A stretch of DNA of 64,000 bases from an uncultured Chthonomonadaceae bacterium (GCA_963817895.1 CAWFQB010000009.1:64001-128000), one strand, 5' to 3'. Numbered from the stretch's first letter, positions 22,652 through 33,657 are shown. Translations and numbers: made by a program. Notes: generated from the letters alone by a model not told the origin.

Positions 22652-22718
22652 AGACTACAGCGGAGTTCCCGACAGCGCGTTCCGTTGCGCGTACAACAAC
22701 GCGCAGCCAGGTGGGAGC

Positions 22719-23571
22719 CTAATGCAAGTCCCAGAGATACTTGTCCCTGTCGGTAATGCTGCCTCTCCACCCGTCCTTCACATCGCAGCCTGCGGCCAGC
22801 GCGCTCATGGTCAGAGCTTTCACGTGCCCGTCGCAGAACGCGACTGTGGCAAACTCGCCATGCCAGGGCCAGACAGCGCCATAGACGTTTGGGGCCGTCC
22901 GGCTGGCCGGGGTTCCAGCCGCCAACCCATGTACGCCAGTTTTCGCTATAGGGAACATCGTCCGTCCAGCATGGCATATCCACTACCAGGGTGCCTCCGC
23001 CGTAAGGCGCGCCATCAACCTTCCTGAACCATCGGGAATCCACCGCGAGAACAGTTTGGGCAGACGAGGTGATCCTGGCGATTGGCGTCGGCCTGCTGGA
23101 ATACACATCCGCATCATCCAGTATGATAGGACTGAGATACTGAAAGTTGAAACCGAAGTTGGTCTTAATTCCCAGATTGAAGTCCCGCTGCTGCGGCGTC
23201 GTGGGCGGCGGTAAGTCGCTGGCAGCGCGCTGCTCCTCGCTGTCAGGATCAGAGGGACAGGAATACACCTGCCTGTTCTTGAGGTAATCGCGCAGGGCCT
23301 GCCACATGATCATAGTAGGTGGACTATCAAAGGAGACATAGCCGCTGGCATCTAACGGGCGGGGGCTGGTATACAAAAGCGGCATCAACTCGTCGTTGTC
23401 CTGCTGATACTGCATAATGGCGAACGCCTGCTGCTTGAAATTGGACGCGCACGTCGTCTGACGCGCTTTGTCGCGCGACTGGGCAAAGACAGGAAAAAGC
23501 AGGGCCGCCAGAATAGAGATAATGGCGATAACAACGAGCAGTTCGATCAAAGTAAAGGCGCGCGGCTGCAT
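22719..23571 (-). CDS. Prepilin-type N-terminal cleavage/methylation protein with H-X9-DG (DUF1559), frameshift near 22895
   Basis: [35 protein letters not shown]-terminal HGEFATVAFCDGHVK in the second frame. Confidence 0.85.
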
Positions 23572-23842
23572 AAATTATCCATTGAGGATGGTTCAGGCCA
23601 GCGTCAATGGATTACTCATTGGAACAAAGCGCACCTGTCCTCGTTTTTATTTCCTTTGTTTTTGCCCACTATTCTTAGTATACCTACCAACGCTCAATTC
23701 ACATTGCATCTTCACAGAAAATTTTTTGGAAAAGACAGAAAAACAGCCCGCGCATTTCCTCCGGTGTAAAGAACAAGTCGGTTCTTCTGTATACGCCTGT
23801 CCTGGAAATCAAAGTATATGCCGGCGTATAGAGGTTTCATTT

Positions 23843-24529
23843 TCACGGCCCAGGCAGGTACGTGATTTTGGAAAGGTTTTCCAGTCTTGTCCATTTGACA
23901 TGTGAGTTGAAGAATGCCATTTCGATGCCGCCGTTGTGACGGTTGATGCACAGCCTGCCCGAATCCAACTGACTAAATGGTCTTTCTACGCCAGAGGTAT
24001 TGCTACCGGTTTGCGTGTTGATGAAGCCGGGGCAGGCATTATTGCCATTGGGGATCCACGCGTCAATCCAGATGGCGTCGGCAAGGAGCATCGTTACGGA
24101 GGGTTGCGGCACCTGCGCGAGTGTGCAGACACCTTCCGGGCGCGCGCTACAATATAGCCAGCCGTTATAGGCGTAACTGCCGGAATAGCGAAAGCCATTC
24201 CATGCCTGCGACGCGCTCCCCATTTGTGGATCGTTGGAACGGGGTGGAGCATCAGGGCAAAGATGGACTTGCTTGTTTTTGATATAAGCCTCAAACGCGA
24301 CATTCCACAAATAGAGTTCGTTGATGACGCGATAATCCAGCAGTTGTTCGTCGTAGTCCTGCGAGTACATCGTTGCGCCGTAGGATAGTTGTTTGAGGTT
24401 GCTGGCGCAGCTAGTCTGCCTGGCTTTCTCGCGCGCTTGCGCAAAGACCGGGAACAAAATGGCTGCGAGTATCGCAATGATGGCGATGACGACGAGCAGT
24501 TCAATCAAGGTAAATCCGGCGCGTTTCAT
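23843..24529 (-). CDS. Prepilin-type N-terminal cleavage/methylation protein (DUF1559)
   Basis: [58 protein letters not shown]. Confidence 0.9.
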   Translation of the reverse strand: MKRAGFTLIELLVVIAIIAILAAILFPVFAQAREKARQTSCASNLKQLSYGATMYSQDYDEQLLDYRVINELYLWNVAFEAYIKNKQVHLCPDAPPRSNDPQMGSASQAWNGFRYSGSYAYNGWLYCSARPEGVCTLAQVPQPSVTMLLADAIWIDAWIPNGNNACPGFINTQTGSNTSGVERPFSQLDSGRLCINRHNGGIEMAFFNSHVKWTRLENLSKITYLPGP

Positions 24530-24656
24530 GACAATCCTCCTTTGCAAAGCAGGAATTGAAATACACAGCGGCGAACTGTGCGTTATACCGGGTTGAGGTC
24601 CGCAGAAATCATGCGACTTCTGCGGACCTCTCACTGTCAGCAAGAAAAGACAGCGT

Positions 24657-25670
24657 TTAGCAAGCCCGGACTTTGCGCGTTTTGCGGCGCAGAAAGCCCG
24701 CTCCCGCCACGCTCAGGCCGACAAGCAGGGCGACGCTGCCGGGTTCGGGAACGACCGTCACCATAAATGCGTGAACATATCCGTCCGCGCCGAGGTAGCT
24801 TCCCACAACCTGATTGCTTTCACTGACCCCGAATCCCATTAGAAGATTACGGTTATCGGGCGCATCAATCGGGGTAAAAACGCTGTTCTGGTAAAAGAAG
24901 GCATAGTCGCGATTGCCCAGAGTATATTCGCCGAGAACAAGGCCGCTGGAATTAACGCCGAAATAGGAGGGGTCCGCGCCGCCGGGTATATCGGGAATCT
25001 CGGAATATATCCCGCTGCTGGCGTTATAAATGGCCCCGTGCCGCGCGTTGTTCTGGTCGCGATAGTTGACAAGGACATCGCCATTGGGCGCGAAATTGCG
25101 AGCGACGGTGTTGTAGCCGAGAACCTTGCTGGGCAAATCGGTAAAGGTTTGCGTGGCGGGATCATAAACGGACGCGAAACCAAGATTGTTGGAGTCCTGC
25201 CATGCCACCGCGAATTTGCCATTGTCCCCAATGCCGTTGTAACTTGTGGAAATAGAATTCGGATGTTGCGGCAGCAGGCTTCTCACGCCGCCGCTTGTGT
25301 GCACAAAAGGCTCATCCGTTGTGAAGGTGCTGTTGAAGTACTCCCCGTAGTAGGCGCCGCTGCTGTTGACCGGCCCGATGTAATTGTAAAAGCCGGAAGC
25401 GGTTCTCGGATCATCATGTCGCGTATAAACGCCATTGGACAAAATGTAGCCGTGTTGGATGTCCGTCGAGTAAACATACTGGCTGAGGGAGATATTTGCG
25501 CCCGACGAACTGATGCCATTTCCGTAAATGTCGTTTGGATCGTTCGGATCGTGGAGAACATCAATGTTGGTGTAAGACAAAGACAACTGCGCGTCGGCGG
25601 GACGGGCGGCAAACAGGGCAAGCACCGACAGGGCGATCAGGCCGGCTTGCAGGAAACGAGTGCGAGGCAT
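24657..25670 (-). CDS. PEP-CTERM sorting domain protein
   Basis: Signal peptide; C-terminal [27 protein letters not shown]. Confidence 0.9.
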   Translation of the reverse strand: MPRTRFLQAGLIALSVLALFAARPADAQLSLSYTNIDVLHDPNDPNDIYGNGISSSGANISLSQYVYSTDIQHGYILSNGVYTRHDDPRTASGFYNYIGPVNSSGAYYGEYFNSTFTTDEPFVHTSGGVRSLLPQHPNSISTSYNGIGDNGKFAVAWQDSNNLGFASVYDPATQTFTDLPSKVLGYNTVARNFAPNGDVLVNYRDQNNARHGAIYNASSGIYSEIPDIPGGADPSYFGVNSSGLVLGEYTLGNRDYAFFYQNSVFTPIDAPDNRNLLMGFGVSESNQVVGSYLGADGYVHAFMVTVVPEPGSVALLVGLSVAGAGFLRRKTRKVRAC

Positions 25671-25749
25671 GGTGTTCTCCTTTTGATTTGGGTGTGCAGG
25701 TGTTCGGGTGTTCAGGTGTTCAGGCGGGACACTTTACTTTTCCCTGATG

Positions 25750-25803
25750 CAGTATAGGTAATTTTGCGTTACCGTTGCATTACTTGCGTTACCGTTGCGT
25801 TAC
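25750..25803 (-). promoter_or_regulatory. GTAACG-repeat promoter, site D (four repeats)
   Basis: Minus strand GTAACGC-AACG-GTAACGC-AA-GTAATGC-AACG-GTAACGC-AAAATTACC-TATACT. Confidence 0.75.
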
Positions 25804-25850
25804 CAATTCTGGTGTTTGTACTGGCAATCGTCTATTTTTGTTGTAAGGAA

Positions 25851-27509
25851 ATGCTTTTGGCTTCTACTGTTCTTACCTTACGCCTGTTTGGGAATTGGGA
25901 GGCGCGTCTTGGGAACGCGCCGATTGTGGGATTGCATCTGCGCGAAGGCGAGCGCCTGCTGGCATACCTGACCCTGCATCACGACGCGATTGTCTCGTAC
26001 AGGGAGTTGGCGCAACAGTTCTGGCCTGCCGAAGCCACCGTTCACCCGGAATGGGCAGGCGGCAGTTTCCCCTCCACGCGGCAGGCTATTTATGCCCTGC
26101 GCCGCGCCCTGGGCGAACACGCGCCCCGCCTTGTCAGCGTCGGAAAAGGCATGATCCGCTTTGATCTGGAAGGCGCGGATGTAGACTACGCCGCCTTTCA
26201 GGAATTGATCGCGCAGGATAACCGCGAAGCGTGGAGGCAAGCGCAGGCCCTGTATCGCGGCCCTTTGCTGGAAGGCTGGACAGAAAAATGGGCGCAGGAA
26301 GCCCGCGTTCGCTGCCAGCGTTCCTATGAGCGCATAGTCGCGGCTCTGGCGGCTGCGCCGATTGAGCGGGAAGAAAAGGAGAAAAGGAGAAAAGGAGAAG
26401 AGGAGAGGGAAGATACAAGATACAAGATACAAGATACAAGACCGAACACCGAACACCGAACGCCAACCACCAGCCACCAACCACCAACCACCCTCCTCGA
26501 ATCCAACGGCGGCGCGGTTCCGCTGGATTTGCCGTTTTACATTGCGCGGGAAACGGATGGAGGATTTCAGCAGGCGATCCAACGACGCGACAGCATCGTT
26601 CTGGTCAAGGGGACGCGGCAGATCGGCAAAACATCGCTTCTGGCGCGGGGATTGCAGGGGGCGAGACAGGATGGGGCGCGAGTGATATTCACGGATTTTT
26701 CCAGTTTGCCCTCCGAGTTGCTGACATCGCTGGACGCGCTGTATCGCATACTGGCGCAGGACATCGCCTATCAGTTGGATTTGGAGGCCGACCCGGAAGC
26801 GGATTGGAATACGCGCCGCAGTCCCAATCGTAATTTGGAGCGGTTTATCAGCGATATGGCGCTGCCGGAAGTCGGGGCGTCGCTGGTGTGGGGCATGGAT
26901 GAAGTGGATACGCTGTTCCAGTTTCCATTCGGAACCGAAGTCTTTCGCCTGTTCCGCTCGTGGCACAACCGCCGCGCCCTAGACCCGCGTGGCTCCTGGT
27001 CACGGCTCACGCTGGTAATGGCGTATGCGACGGAAGCGCATCTGTTCATTCAGGACGTCAATCAATCGCCCTTCAACGTGGGAACCCGTTTGGCGCTAGA
27101 GGACTTTACGTTCGCGCAGGTAACTGAACTCAACGTTCGCTATGGCAAGCCCCTGCCGGACGATGCTGCTGTACAGCGATTGTACGCGCTGCTCAACGGG
27201 CATCCGTACCTCACCCGCCGCGCCCTCTCGGAGATGCAGTCACGTCCTGTAACCATAGACACGCTGGAAGCGCAGGCGGGGCGCAACGAAGGCGTTTTCG
27301 GCGATCATCTGCGCCGCCTGTTCACGTCCCTCACTCAGAACTCGGAACTTACCGACGTGGTTCGCGGTTTCCTGACAGGACCGTTCTGCGCGTCCGAAGA
27401 CGCTTTTTACCGACTGCGCAGCGCGGGGCTGCTCGCGGGCGAAATGCCGGAAGAGTGCCATTGGCGCTGTCCCCTCTACGCCGCGTACTTCAAGCGATAT
27501 TTGAAGTGA
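25851..27509 (+). CDS. SARP-like (winged HTH/BTAD) transcriptional regulator fused to an AAA_35 NTPase
   Basis: LRLFG...LLAYL...LAQQFWP...LRRAL...VDY..F...ALYRGPLLEGW...W; then RQIGKTSL, MDEVD, SPFNVG, NGHPYLT. Confidence 0.85.
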   Translation: MLLASTVLTLRLFGNWEARLGNAPIVGLHLREGERLLAYLTLHHDAIVSYRELAQQFWPAEATVHPEWAGGSFPSTRQAIYALRRALGEHAPRLVSVGKGMIRFDLEGADVDYAAFQELIAQDNREAWRQAQALYRGPLLEGWTEKWAQEARVRCQRSYERIVAALAAAPIEREEKEKRRKGEEEREDTRYKIQDTRPNTEHRTPTTSHQPPTTLLESNGGAVPLDLPFYIARETDGGFQQAIQRRDSIVLVKGTRQIGKTSLLARGLQGARQDGARVIFTDFSSLPSELLTSLDALYRILAQDIAYQLDLEADPEADWNTRRSPNRNLERFISDMALPEVGASLVWGMDEVDTLFQFPFGTEVFRLFRSWHNRRALDPRGSWSRLTLVMAYATEAHLFIQDVNQSPFNVGTRLALEDFTFAQVTELNVRYGKPLPDDAAVQRLYALLNGHPYLTRRALSEMQSRPVTIDTLEAQAGRNEGVFGDHLRRLFTSLTQNSELTDVVRGFLTGPFCASEDAFYRLRSAGLLAGEMPEECHWRCPLYAAYFKRYLK

Positions 27510-27512
27510 ATT

Positions 27513-27666
27513 GTAACTATTCACCACCAAGACACGAAGAACACCAAGAAGAACGCGAGGAAAGCAATTGTGATATTGCAGGAGAAAACGAAATTGTCTC
27601 CGGCTCTGTGCCTTTTCGGTTGCTTTTTCTCTTGGTGTTCTTCGTGTCTTGGTGGTGAATAGTTAC
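27513..27666. repeat. Large palindromic element between convergent genes
   Basis: 36-bp perfect inverted repeat GTAACTATTCACCACCAAGACACGAAGAACACCAAG (27513-27548 / 27631-27666). Confidence 0.85.
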
Positions 27667-27668
27667 CG

Positions 27669-29655
27669 TTACTGCCTTTTCATAACTGAACGCCAGTTTT
27701 CGTCAAAGAAACCGGCGAGTTCCACATCTTTGGCTCGGTCGTCGTTGAAGGCAGCAGGGTCCATGCGGATAACGGCATAGTCGGGAAGGTGCGGGTATTG
27801 CAGGGCGTTGCTGCCGTTCCAGTCGGCGCGGCTGAAGGTGAAGCCGGTGTTCAGAACGACATAGCGTTTCGGATTTTCGGGGTTGGGGAAGATGAGCAGG
27901 GGCAGGTGGTCGCTTGCGGTGAAGGATTTCCCCGCTATGGTGATGGTATCTTTTGTCCATTTCAGCGGCAGCTTCGACAGCAGGCGGCGTAAAAAGCTGT
28001 TAGAACCCGGATCGCCAAATAAGTAGAGATTATGGTTGGCAATATCGGCTGCGCTCAGTTTCGTATCGGTCGTTTCCGGCAGTGTGGCGCGGCAATACAT
28101 CCCCCACCCCTCCCGAAAACGTTCCATTTCCTGTTTGCTCCACCCCTCCGCGCTCGCGTTCCATGCTGTTCCCGTTCCCGCCACCGCCAGAACCGGGCCG
28201 AACAGGGCGTCGTCTATCGGGACCGGACAGGCCGGGCGCTTTGCGCAGGCCCTTCGGTTCGCCCCATTTCCAATACGCGCCCGTTTTCATCAAATCAAGC
28301 GCGGCAAGCGTTGCTTTCGGAGTTTTCAGCGTTTCGCCGTCCACGACAACAACCCCGTTCGCTTTCCAGTCGGCGGGTGTCAAACGTAATGCGCTGACGT
28401 TGCGCGTGGTCACGTCCAGATGATCGGGCGCGGTTCGTTTCGCGTGGACTTCCGCCCGCTCCCAGTGCCGCTCCAAGCCCTCTAAATGTACCCATTTACA
28501 TTCCGGCCAGCGCAGGGTATACGTGACGAAATCCACATCGGGCGCGTCCGGTTCGCGGCGAACGGGCGCAAACGCGGCCAGCATGCTTTGCAGGGTGTGC
28601 TTCTCATAGGCATGGCCGGTTTTCGGGCCGAGGAAATCCTGATACGGCGCGTTCTCCTGCTTTAAGGCTTCATACATCAGCAGGTGCTGCGCGTGAAACG
28701 TGTCGGTTTCCCCCACATACGGCAGCAGTGGCAGGTTTTTGGCGTTCGCGGCGTAATCAATGGGATCGTACAGGCAGAGCAATCGCGTTTGCCAATCGGG
28801 CAGGGTTCGGGTGGTTTTGGTATAGCGGATGGTTTCCACAAACCCCGCGCCCGGACTCATCGCCGCCCACATACCGGGATGTTGTAGCCCGATATGCCAC
28901 GCGCCATGCCCGCCCATCGAAAAACCGCGCAACGCAACCCGGTTCTCATCAACCGGAAAACGCCTTTTGCAATCCGCGAGGGCCTCGAACACATCCTGCT
29001 CGCCCGCGAACCGCCAGCCGTTGTTGCCGCGCCCGTAGGGGTACAGCGCGAGGTTGGCGAGCGGTTCCGCGCCGAAATTACCCCTTACCCATCCCTTGCC
29101 GCCAATGAAACTCAGTTCGTTGAGATTGCCGCCCCTGCCGTGCAGAAATATGTCAAGCCGCATGGGTTTCGGCGCGGCAAAATCGTACCCGGCGGGAATA
29201 AACGCCTGATACGGCTGAACCGAGCCATCCACCTGCGAACGATAGCCAAGAACGACCACACCCGCCTGCCGCATCCAGGGCGCTTTGCCTTCACGCAGGG
29301 CCGCCAATCGGCTTTCTCCCTCGCTTAAACACGTTCTCGCCTGCGCCACGTTTTGTTTGGAAAAGAAAAGGTCTTGCCGCAGATTACGGTCAACAGCGTC
29401 CAGAAAAATCTCCACATTCGGCAGCATCTGTTTGGTAAGTTTGTCCGCCGCGCCCTTTTGCGCCCGCAAACTTGTTATGCCCTGCCGCAAATGGTCGCGC
29501 CCCTGCGCCAGTTCCTGCCGCTCCTCCGCCGTCAGCGTAACCCGCTCCTTTTGAAACTGCGCGTTCGCGGGCAACCCTGCCATTGTTCCCATTACGATGG
29601 CAAACACGGCTACTATTCTCAATGCGGGTTTGGTTCGCAACGTTTTCTCCTTCAA
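27669..29655 (-). CDS. Secreted alpha/beta hydrolase (esterase / S9-like), frameshift near 28220
   Basis: IFLHGRG, GFSMGG nucleophile elbow; C-terminal LYLFGDPGSN...FPNPENPKRYVV...LPDYAV. Confidence 0.8.
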
Positions 29656-29663
29656 ACAACACT

Positions 29664-29764
29664 GTAGGGGCGCCGCTTGCTACGCCTGACACGACGGTAT
29701 ATACAAGACACGACGGTATATACAAGACACGACGGTATATACAAGACTTGGGCTCAGCAAGCAG
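29664..29764. repeat. GTAG REP arm plus 3x19-bp tandem repeat; the second arm is split by the IS
   Basis: GTAGGGGCGCCGCTTGCTACGCC; (GACACGACGGTATATACAA)x3 at 29688-29744; the other arm resumes at 31096-31114. Confidence 0.75.
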
Positions 29765-31095
29765 CATAAGTGTCGAAAGCCCGCCTGCTTGCCTTATTTT
29801 GGCTAATCATCGGGTACAAATGGCGTTGCGCACAGCACCTGGCGCGTCCATACACGGCAGTCTTCGGCCAACCAGAACTTGACGGAACGCCAACCCCGAT
29901 CAATGCCCGTCTGCTGTTTGTACCAGATCAGCAGCAAGGCGGCAATCAGGCTCATATAGATCATGATGGTGATGCCGTTCTCGTTGCGACTGAGCAGGTG
30001 ACTATACGAGAGGTGTTGCTTGACAAACTTGAAGAACACCTCGATGTCCCAACGGGAACGGTACAGGGCCGGGATTTCAGCAAAAGTATACAGACCTGCG
30101 TGTTGCCCGTCCTCAGACACGGGCAAGTTGGTCATCAACACGAGCGGCAGCCACAGGTTGCGCCGTTTGTCAAAGCGCAGACCGTGTACCAGCACCAGCG
30201 GCATCCTGTCCCAACGCGCTTGTTCCTCCTGCGTTTCTTGATTGTTGCCAAACACCGCCTGCTGCACCTGTACCAGCACAAAGTCCGGTTCCTGCGCTTG
30301 GGGCGCTTGTGTGGGCAGACACTGTGGGGCGGCTTGCCACAGCGTTTGCACTTGCTGAAAGGCTTGTTGGCTGTGCGGCGTCAGCCAGAAACTGCCCGCC
30401 TGATGCAGCCGCGGCAAACGGGAGCGGTCATGGCAGCCTTTGTCGAATATCCAGAAATCGCCGGGTTGGGTATGCGCCAGCATGGTATTGCCCAGCGCCA
30501 CACAATCGCTCTTGTCGGACTTGGATTTGCACACCTTGAGTAACTGTGGCAGGCCCTCCTGGGAGAGTTCCACGACGCTCTTGACATGGCGCAGCGTCTT
30601 GTCAGGATTGGTCGTCTGATTGGACAAACCAAACGTCAGGAGCTTGGCCGACAGCGTGACCGTGGTGGCGTCAATGCGGCGCAAACGCAACGTCTGTGCC
30701 GTTGCCGGGGTGATCTTGGGAGACAACTTGGCGTACAGGTCGCCAAACAGGTCGCCAAAATAGGCCGGAGGCAACTTTGCCAGACACTTGCCCCAACTGC
30801 TATGGTCGCTACGACTGCTATGGTCGCTACGACAGCCCGTTTGCTGCTGATACGTTTCCTCCAGCACCCGCTGGCTCAACTCAGGATGGTTGAGCAGCCC
30901 ATTGAGCAGGCACAAGAATACGACGGGGCCGGGCAACCGTACATTAGGGTGTACATCTATTTCATAGTGACACGCCAGTTGTTCCAAGCGTGTCAGGGGT
31001 ACAAAGTCAAAGAGTTTTTTCAGAGCAATCATGCTCTGATTTTACAACCAACGGGGCGTACTCGCAAGTGAACGAGCGGGCTTTCGACACTTATG
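29765..31095 (-). mobile_element. IS4-family insertion sequence, 1331 bp
   Basis: 20-bp perfect TIR CATAAGTGTCGAAAGCCCGC; 10-bp TSD CAGCAAGCAG (29755-29764, 31096-31105). Confidence 0.9.
29803..31032 (-). CDS. IS4-family DDE transposase
   Basis: IDATT, IFDKG, LYRSRWDIEVFFKFVKQHL (Y-x2-R-x3-E-x6-K signature). Confidence 0.9.
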   Translation of the reverse strand: MIALKKLFDFVPLTRLEQLACHYEIDVHPNVRLPGPVVFLCLLNGLLNHPELSQRVLEETYQQQTGCRSDHSSRSDHSSWGKCLAKLPPAYFGDLFGDLYAKLSPKITPATAQTLRLRRIDATTVTLSAKLLTFGLSNQTTNPDKTLRHVKSVVELSQEGLPQLLKVCKSKSDKSDCVALGNTMLAHTQPGDFWIFDKGCHDRSRLPRLHQAGSFWLTPHSQQAFQQVQTLWQAAPQCLPTQAPQAQEPDFVLVQVQQAVFGNNQETQEEQARWDRMPLVLVHGLRFDKRRNLWLPLVLMTNLPVSEDGQHAGLYTFAEIPALYRSRWDIEVFFKFVKQHLSYSHLLSRNENGITIMIYMSLIAALLLIWYKQQTGIDRGWRSVKFWLAEDCRVWTRQVLCATPFVPDD

Positions 31096-31150
31096 CAGCA
31101 AGCAGCGCCCCTACAACGTACCCTGTCATTCTGCATTGACGCCACGCTAA

Positions 31151-32451
31151 GGGACTCTCAAGAATTAAACTGTTCCATTGGCAACGGTGTCGGGTCGTAT
31201 CTCGACGAACCACTTGTCCAAGCCGGGTAGTCGGCGTACCTGTGTCTCGACAGCCTTCATGGCTTTCTGGCTCAACTTGACCCCGATGGCGTAGGTCGTT
31301 TCCAGCAACTCCACGCTCGGATGCTTTCCCTTCCAGGTCATGGAGCGGGCAAAGTTGACCACGGCGTCTACACTGTCGAGCAAGTCGCCATTCCAATGGT
31401 TCTCCAGAACGCCCCAACAGCGTTCGATGGGATTGTACTTGCTGTGGTAAGGCGGATAGTACGCCAACTGGATGCTCAGCCCGGTTTCGGCGACAAACTG
31501 CACCAGCCGATGCAGGAACTGCGTACGTCGGCTGTGACACTCCGGGCCGTTGTCGAGGTTGAGGTGCAGCGTCTTGATATGGGCGAAGCGGACACGATTG
31601 GCTTCCCACCAATGCTGCACAATGTCGGCCAGACAGTCACTCGTCACCTTGGAGGTCACCGCATACAAGGCGAGTTCGTCTAAAGACGGCAACAGCAAGC
31701 CCGACCGGCGTCACCTGGGCGTCGGGATGAAAGTCATGGTCGGCGGCATGGACCTGCACCCGGTTCTTGCCACCACGGGAATACTCGCCTACCTTGACGG
31801 TCGCCTTGGCATCCAGCGAGACCCGCAAGTCATCGGTTCGGCGTCGGCTTGCGGGTTGACCTGGCTCAAGTGGTCAAAGATGGCGTCGGTTTCGGCGATC
31901 TTTTTTTGGGTTGGCTCTTCTGCACCTTCTTGGGATGGTAGCCCAAGAAGGTTGAGCTTGTCGCCGAATGGTCTCCTCACAGGGCAGTTCGGCGTCCGTA
32001 TAGCCTTTTTGCGCAATCAATTGACGCCGCACTTCGGCAGCCGTCAAGCGGGTATAAAGCCGGTTGTTACGAAACTGCGGGTCGGTCTGGCTTTGCCCAT
32101 CGACAAGGGCACGGATGTCGTCAAGCAGATGCGGCAAATGCGCTTCGGCAGGTTTGCGTCCGCGCAGAGCGAAACGCATCGACACAGGTGAAGCCGCTAC
32201 GCAGTTCATGGGTGCCTTTGCGAATGGTATCGCGGTTCCAGCCGAGTTCGCGTTGGGCGAGGCGCTGCCCGCCTGCGCCGAGTTCTGCGACGATGCGTGC
32301 CATGAACAGGCGGCGGGCACTGCCTTTGAGCGTCTGGGCGGTTTCTCTGAACACGGACTTGAGACTATCCGTAAGTTCCACTGAGCCACTCCTGCGTTAT
32401 ATTAGCAGGTTCTTCCATATTTAGTGGCATACTTTAATCTTTGAGAGTCCC
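31151..32451 (-). mobile_element. ISAzo13-family insertion sequence with a frameshifted transposase (31165-32381)
   Basis: TIRs GGGACTCTCAAGAATTAAA / TTTAATCTTTGAGAGTCCC, TAA direct repeats; motifs SLDAKA, DNGPE, YYPPYHSKYNPIERCWG. Confidence 0.85.
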
Positions 32452-33216
32452 TAAATGCGCCCTCCGTTCACGCGCACCCATTGCCCGGTGACAAACCCCG
32501 ACAGGTCGCTGGCGAAAAACAGCGCGACATTCGCCACATCCTGCGCGGTTCCCAATCGCCGCAGCGCGGTTGTATCGGCAATGTTGCGCTGTCCCTCGGT
32601 ATACGCGGCGGGGTTTTTGTTCGGGTCTGTGCCATCCTTGTGGGTGTGGCCGGGACTGACGACGTTGACGCGAACGCCTTTCGGCCCGATCTCCTGCGCC
32701 AAAATGCCTGCGAGATGATTGACCGCCGCCTTGCTCGCGCCATACGCCGATAAGCCTTCCAGATAATCGTGTCCCGCGCCCGACGACAGAAAAATAATAC
32801 TGCCGCCCGGTCGCATTGCATTCGCCGCCGCCCGCACCACATAAAACGCGCCATGCACATTGACCTCGAACGGCTTCTTCCAATCCTCCGTCGTCATGCC
32901 CATCAATGGCCCTCCCGCGCCCGCAGCGGCATCCAAAACGAGAATATCCAGCGCGTTGTCAAACTTATCCAACGCCTGCTGCACGGCACCGAACGCCTGC
33001 GCTTCGTCCGCAATGTCGGCTTGCAGCGTAAAGTGTTTCGGGCGTATCGGGCAGGGCGCGGAGTTCGGCAAGCGTTTGTTCCGCCGTCTGCGCGTCACTA
33101 CGATAAATCGCGCCAACCCGCGCCCCCGCCTGCGCCAGAGTCAGACTAATCGCCTTCCCAATGCCTCTCGTTCCACCCGTAATCAGCGCGTTTTTGCCTG
33201 TCAAATTAATGTTCAT
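32451..33216 (-). CDS. SDR family oxidoreductase (FabG-like), frameshift near 33045
   Basis: TGGTRGIG, YGASK, VRVNVVSPG, FVTGQ-x-VRVNGG. Confidence 0.85.
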
Positions 33217-33233
33217 TTTGGCTTAACCTTGTT

Positions 33234-33542
33234 CTACAGTGAGCGTTCCTGCCTTCGGAGTTGTTCTTCCGACGAAATTTCTCGCCAATTTCGCTCTTTA
33301 CGTTCCCACAGTTTGTGACACGTACCGCAGCGAAACTCATCAATGCCGATAGGCCATGATAAAACAGGCGGGAAGACAATGCTGGCTTCTCCGTGGGCCT
33401 GACATTCGGGACACCGGGTAAGTTTTCGCGCTAGGAAAATAATCAGCATTAACAAACCGATGCCGATTACAGCCGGAAGCAGCCAACATAATACAAGACA
33501 ACCGCCAATGTTGTGAAAAAGCATACGTATTTTGAACACCAT
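33234..33542 (-). CDS. Small membrane protein with a Zn-ribbon-like CxxC pair
   Basis: Hydrophobic stretch followed by CPEC ... CGTC. Confidence 0.45.
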   Translation of the reverse strand: MVFKIRMLFHNIGGCLVLCWLLPAVIGIGLLMLIIFLARKLTRCPECQAHGEASIVFPPVLSWPIGIDEFRCGTCHKLWERKERNWREISSEEQLRRQERSL

Positions 33543-33657
33543 ACCGCGATTATGATCCTGTAATTAGAACGGTCCGCAAAATCTACTGTGGCAGTCGGAT
33601 AAATCCTCAATGGGGCGTCCAGTAGCAGCGTCGAATAGTACGTGGCGCGCTCTTCAC

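Noticed and set aside
22282..22718. Long C-terminal extension of the 429-aa prepilin ORF
   Set aside because: Frameshift artefact that overlaps the WD40 gene; the true end with H-X9-DG is at 22719
29688..29747. 3x19-bp repeat as a CRISPR array
   Set aside because: The units are contiguous with no spacers, and no cas operon is present
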